A DNA stretch of 63,086 nt, counting the filler, from Globobulimina sp. (lineage: Eukaryota), in the NCBI GenBank assembly GCA_003354225.1. It is 45 parts of 45 records of this genome, joined end to end, with 100 filler letters (N's around TTAATTAATTAA, not from the genome) between each part and the next. Parts side by side here need not be neighbours in the genome. Positions count along the whole stretch, not along the records: positions 58,978 to 60,280 come from PIVH01019062.1; positions 60,381 to 61,683 come from PIVH01019063.1; positions 61,784 to 63,086 come from PIVH01019064.1; 42 more parts are not named here. One strand, 5' to 3'. The position numbers were made by a program, and so were the translations under genes. Shown here one piece after another: positions 58,978 to 63,086 of this stretch (positions are counted from its first letter, which is position 1; each line of letters begins with the position of its first letter). Below the pieces are notes generated by a model. It did no database searches, was not told the DNA's origin, and was given only the letters and a program-made list of their open reading frames with translations.

Positions 58978-59968
58978 CGGAAGTTCCCGATAACCACGAA
59001 TCATTCCTACTTTTTTTAGGTGAACGACTTCCACCATTTGAGGTCGTATTTTTCCCACCATTTCGACCCAACGATGCATTATTCGTCATAGGATTTGGTT
59101 TATTAAATAGTTTCTCAGTCATTATATAATAACTAGATTTAGCATAATTTGCATAAAAAATCAACAAATCTTGTGTGGACAACGGCTGTTTTCCCTGGGC
59201 TTCTTGGTTGGGAATCCACCATAACTCATGGAACAAAACACCAACAAATGCCCAAAATCCTACAATGGAGATGGCCATAAAAAATAACTTATAATCAATC
59301 CAGCTCATAATCGAAACCGTATCGTATATATTTATGGTCACATTCATAAACTTATACTTATATTCAATCGGTAATCGCTTACTTTCCGTTTCTTGATTGA
59401 TTACTAATTTATAAGCAATATCACAGCTAAACACATAATCGACAGATGGCAATTTTGACCATGGAATAAAGCGATATTCGACACTGATTTCGCTATTGGG
59501 CAATAGCACGCTGTTTAGCCTCCGAACTGTGCTCTGTACATATTATATGTTGCATTTTCTTGAATTTTCTCATTGTGTAAGGATATTTATGTCATGTCAA
59601 TCACATACATTTTGAACATAAAAACTGAAGCGATGTGCGGCATGAATATAGCCGGTAAGAGATGTGATATTAAATGTGGATTCACCCAAATTCCGTAATG
59701 ATAATAAGATGGAGGTGGATTCGCGCAGTGGTACTTTGTAAAAATCTTTGGTTGGGGATAATTTTGGCGAAGCAAATGGTGCTTGCTCGATTGGTAAAGA
59801 ATTGCGGTTTAAAAAACGCCATTTTGCTTTGATATCCGAATGCGATTTGTATCCTTCTGCCCGATTATCATTAAAATCATCCATGTCATCAGGTTTTGAG
59901 GTGTCAATGTCTGCGATAACATTGTAAATAAAGAAAAATAGCAGACACAAAGACCAAAAGTCGTACAT
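58978..59968 (-). CDS. SSR1: Translocon-associated protein alpha, intron 59534-59608, 3'-partial
   Basis: Signal peptide, acidic tract, LRNLGESTFNITSLTG..FSFYVQN, EISVEYRFIP, one TM helix, DSWL near the end. Confidence 0.8.
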
Positions 59969-60031
59969 GATAATCTGTAGTACAGTAGTAGTTTTTTGGT
60001 ACTCTCAACATCAAAATATCTAGTTTAAATA

Positions 60032-60280
60032 ATGGGCGTTCTGTTGCCACGAAGAAAAGGCCATAAAGGGCCGCAAATATGTTTGGTACGTCGTGGATCC
60101 AAGAATTTCGCAGCTTGGCAGCTGGTTGTCAGACATCCGTGGGGGAAAAGACGCACTCGAGTCAAATATATTGAAGACTTGGGATATTACCAGGCCTATA
60201 CTGATGAAAGAGGTAAAAGATACATTCGAGTCAAGACGGAGAGAGTAAAATATTGGATAGGACATGGTGTACAAATATCG
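60032..60280 (+). CDS. MRPS16: Mitochondrial ribosomal protein S16 (bS16m), 3'-partial
   Basis: ICLVRRGSKN..LVV..IEDLGYY..ERVKYWIGHGVQIS. Confidence 0.85.
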
Positions 60281-60380
60281 NNNNNNNNNNNNNNNNNNNN
60301 NNNNNNNNNNNNNNNNNNNNNNNNTTAATTAATTAANNNNNNNNNNNNNNNNNNNNNNNNNNNNNNNNNNNNNNNNNNNN

Positions 60381-61415
60381 TATACTTCGCAAAGGCACAC
60401 TTTCGTTGCTGCTCTGTGGCCAACGCCGTGTACCGCGGATCCCGCCGCAATTTATGCTGCATCGCATTCCACGTCGACGCCGAACCAATGCCTTTATTCG
60501 CCAACAACTCGTAAAACGCAGCCAACGCTTCCTCAGCGCTGTCGTACCGTAATTCTTTCGTCTCCTTCACCAAACTCACTTTGCTCCCACTAAAGCCAAA
60601 GGCGACCGTTTTCTGCTCTGGCTCCGTCGTACCAGGCTCCTCCGTGAATGCATGGGACGCTTTCACCGTGATTTCGATGTTACAACTCGTGCTCCCATGG
60701 CTATTGCTGGCGGTGATGGTGTATAGCTGCGATTTGTGCGTACATTGCATGGGGTAGCCAGTGATGGCACCGCTGTCTGGGTCGAAATCCACGCCTTCGG
60801 GCAGTGTGGGCGAGATATGGAAGGAGCAGCAGCCGACGTTTTTGCTGCCGAGCTTGGGCGCGAACTCATGGATGGTGGATTGGAGTAAGAGCTCGAGTTC
60901 GTTGGCCGGATACGTTAAGCGTGCCGGGGGGATATTGCTGTTGTAGTCGGGGTCATGTTGCAGTTGTTCGTCGACTTTGTCTCTGTCGGTTTTGAAAAAG
61001 TCGTCGATGTCGATCGGGACGCGTTTTTTTGTTTTGGTGTGCTCTGTGTCTGAGGCGTCGTCGTCTGAGGAGGAGTGGTGAGTGTGGTGACTGTGGAGCT
61101 GTGAGTTGGGGAATGGCGTGTTTCCGAATGGTATGGATTCCAGGCGGTTTGGTTGGGTGTTGGTGGTTAGGTCTATGTCGTCGTCATCTTCCTAGGATTT
61201 GGAGTTTGAAATCACAAATTATGTTACATGCATTTTCAAAATTAAGTTGAAAAATGGATTCAGTTTCAATGTTTTTGGTACTAAACGTGATCGGATGATG
61301 GCGGGGAAGGTATGATATCACGGTATGGCCGGTCCCATACTACTTTCTTTGTCCTTGCATTGAAGTAATAAGGTATTCCATTGTCGGTTGTGTATAGATA
61401 CCATTCTCCGATTCG
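60381..61415 (-). CDS. WW + putative Ig (He_PIG-like) + FF domain protein, PRP40/TCERG1-like; intron 61192-61286; partial
   Basis: WYLYTTDNGIPYYFNARTKKVVWDRP; ISPTLPEGVDFDPDSGAITGYP..YTITASNSHGS; EEALAAFYELL..STW..DPRY..RKCAF. Confidence 0.8.
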
Positions 61416-61783
61416 CTTAGTAATGCCAAATAGTCACAATGCAATAATATTATTTTGGTTGAGTGCAAGGAGTGGAATATTTTATAAATATTATTATTGT
61501 TTTAATAATCTTTTGAGTTTGGATTTGAGCAATTCAATGGAAATAATGCCATGGGATGGTTAATTTGGACAAATAATGAGAGGATCTTTATATATAAACA
61601 TCAACTTTTCTCCTAAAATCCAATCGTTTATCATATTCATGCATAGTTTTTTTTTGTTTTTTTTTTCGTAGATCCAGTGTTGGNNNNNNNNNNNNNNNNN
61701 NNNNNNNNNNNNNNNNNNNNNNNNNNNTTAATTAATTAANNNNNNNNNNNNNNNNNNNNNNNNNNNNNNNNNNNNNNNNNNNN

Positions 61784-62430
61784 TGTCCCGCACGTACACC
61801 GCCTTGGGCTGATATTGCAATGATTCCTATGATCAGAAAAGCGAAACAATGCATTGAACACATTTTGATTAAAAATGGAATGAAAATTTATCGCGACGAT
61901 TTAACTATGATTTGGAGAGGAAAATTAGATTCAGCTCAATTTATCACATGATTCACATCGACATTGAATTCAATTAATAAAAATATTCAATTCAAAATGG
62001 AGAAACCGAAGGAATTGACAATTGGGAAAGAAATACATTATCTTAACAGTACGGTGAAGGTCACGGAGAAGGGATTGCAGTGCAAACATTATATAAAACC
62101 GATGAAATGCACCAATCCGCTCGACCCGGATAGCCATCACAGCAAAAGAATATTTTATGCGATGCCGATTACATTATTACAAGAAGTAAGAATTGTTTCT
62201 GACGATGAATTTCTACAAACCGCTATGAGCAGAATTGTATAAGAATTATTACAAGCGGGATACCCTAAAAACGTAGTCATTAAAACGTGGATGAAATATA
62301 CAAATATGTCGAAATTGGATTTATTATTACCATCAAAAGATAGATATAATTTGAAAAAGATGAGACAACAATACGTTTTTAATCTTTGGCATTTATCTGA
62401 CTCTGAACTAGTCAGAGTTCACATGAGCTG
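61784..62430 (+). mobile_element. Decayed Penelope-like retroelement RT/thumb region
   Basis: WADIAM, YRDD, IQFKME, YIKP..SHHS, GYP; in-frame TGA and TAA. Confidence 0.8.
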
Positions 62431-62910
62431 ACATGATTTCGAGTGCGGTGATCGAGTGTAAACTTTTTAAAGGGGTTTTGTTGCTAAATCTTTTTTCCCT
62501 ATCGAGTCAACGATCGAGTCAAACTGGTACGTCGTCATAACCTTTATACATCATACAAAGATCAAATACCAACCATATAATATATATATGAAAGCTGTTT
62601 ATAATATATACTTTTTGTTGTATCCTTGCACTTTAAACTATTTCAACTATCCTTGCACTTCAATGACTTCACACAAACAATAGAAAAAGCTGCAATTCAA
62701 ACAAGAGAAAAATAGGATTGAAACAAGAGTTTATAATATAATTGTTTCTTTCTTTTCCATCACCTTAATCCAATTCATTTGCTTTAATTCCAATTCAGTT
62801 CAATCATCCATGCCTTTCTCAATTTAATTCCAATGAATCCAATATAGTCGCAATTCATTTTAATATTTCTCAATTTATATCAATCAATTCATTTATTTGA
62901 ATAGGTTTGC

Positions 62911-62981
62911 TGGGGCCGCCTCAGGCTTTGAACCTGAATCTTCTGGATTAGCTATCCAGTGCTCTGCTTGAGCTAGGCGAC
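62911..62981 (-). ncRNA. tRNA-like structure (pseudo-tRNA or SINE head), nominal anticodon GCT
   Basis: GTCGCC-TA-GCTC-AAGCA-GAGC-A-CTGGA-TAGCTAA-TCCAG-AAGAT-TCAGG-TTCAAAG-CCTGA-GGCGGC-CCCA. Confidence 0.7.
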
Positions 62982-63086
62982 AGTTTTAATATCAATATAA
63001 TTAATAACCATATACTTTTCGCTTTTCTTTCAATCATATGAACTTATCCATGCCTGTTTATTATGTTCTGGTTGGTATTTGATCTT

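Noticed and set aside
60032-60280. Bacterial rpsP contamination
   Set aside because: Same contig as intron-containing TRAP-alpha and has an N-terminal extension; fits a nuclear mitoribosomal gene.

Overview
This window is not one genomic locus. It is an artificial concatenation of 45 unrelated short contigs sorted by length (15 x 1305 bp, 21 x 1304 bp, 9 x 1303 bp), joined by 100-bp spacers (N44-TTAATTAATTAA-N44, stop codons in all six frames). Adjacency across spacers is meaningless and most genes are truncated. The DNA is AT-rich and eukaryotic, with short GT-AG introns and the standard code. Gene families (Kelch, 7TM, PT-repeat membrane proteins, TRAF-type RING, GYxR-motif proteins) resemble foraminiferan/rhizarian genomes; this is inference, and a few contigs could come from another organism. 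Recognisable genes: CWC27, TRAP-alpha, MRPS16, FAM172/ARB2, thiolase, glutaredoxin, CNBP-like protein, ZIP transporter, mitochondrial carrier, SKL-ending amidohydrolase, SET8-like protein, a divergent EF1A/eRF3/HBS1-like GTPase, a histone H3 end with a 3' stem-loop, and a tRNA-Gly/tRNA-Ser pair. Mobile elements: LINEs, Ty3/Gypsy, Penelope-like relics, Gag-like ORFs and three small dispersed repeat families. Best leads: a PB1-Gag-RGD repeat-CCCH fusion; a LINE ORF2 with no AUG behind a shifty stop; an F-box-like GYxR module on varied substrate-binding domains; a WW-Ig-FF protein; a dicistronic tRNA; an in-frame Penelope/LINE RT chimera. All family assignments come from reading motifs by eye; no searches were run.
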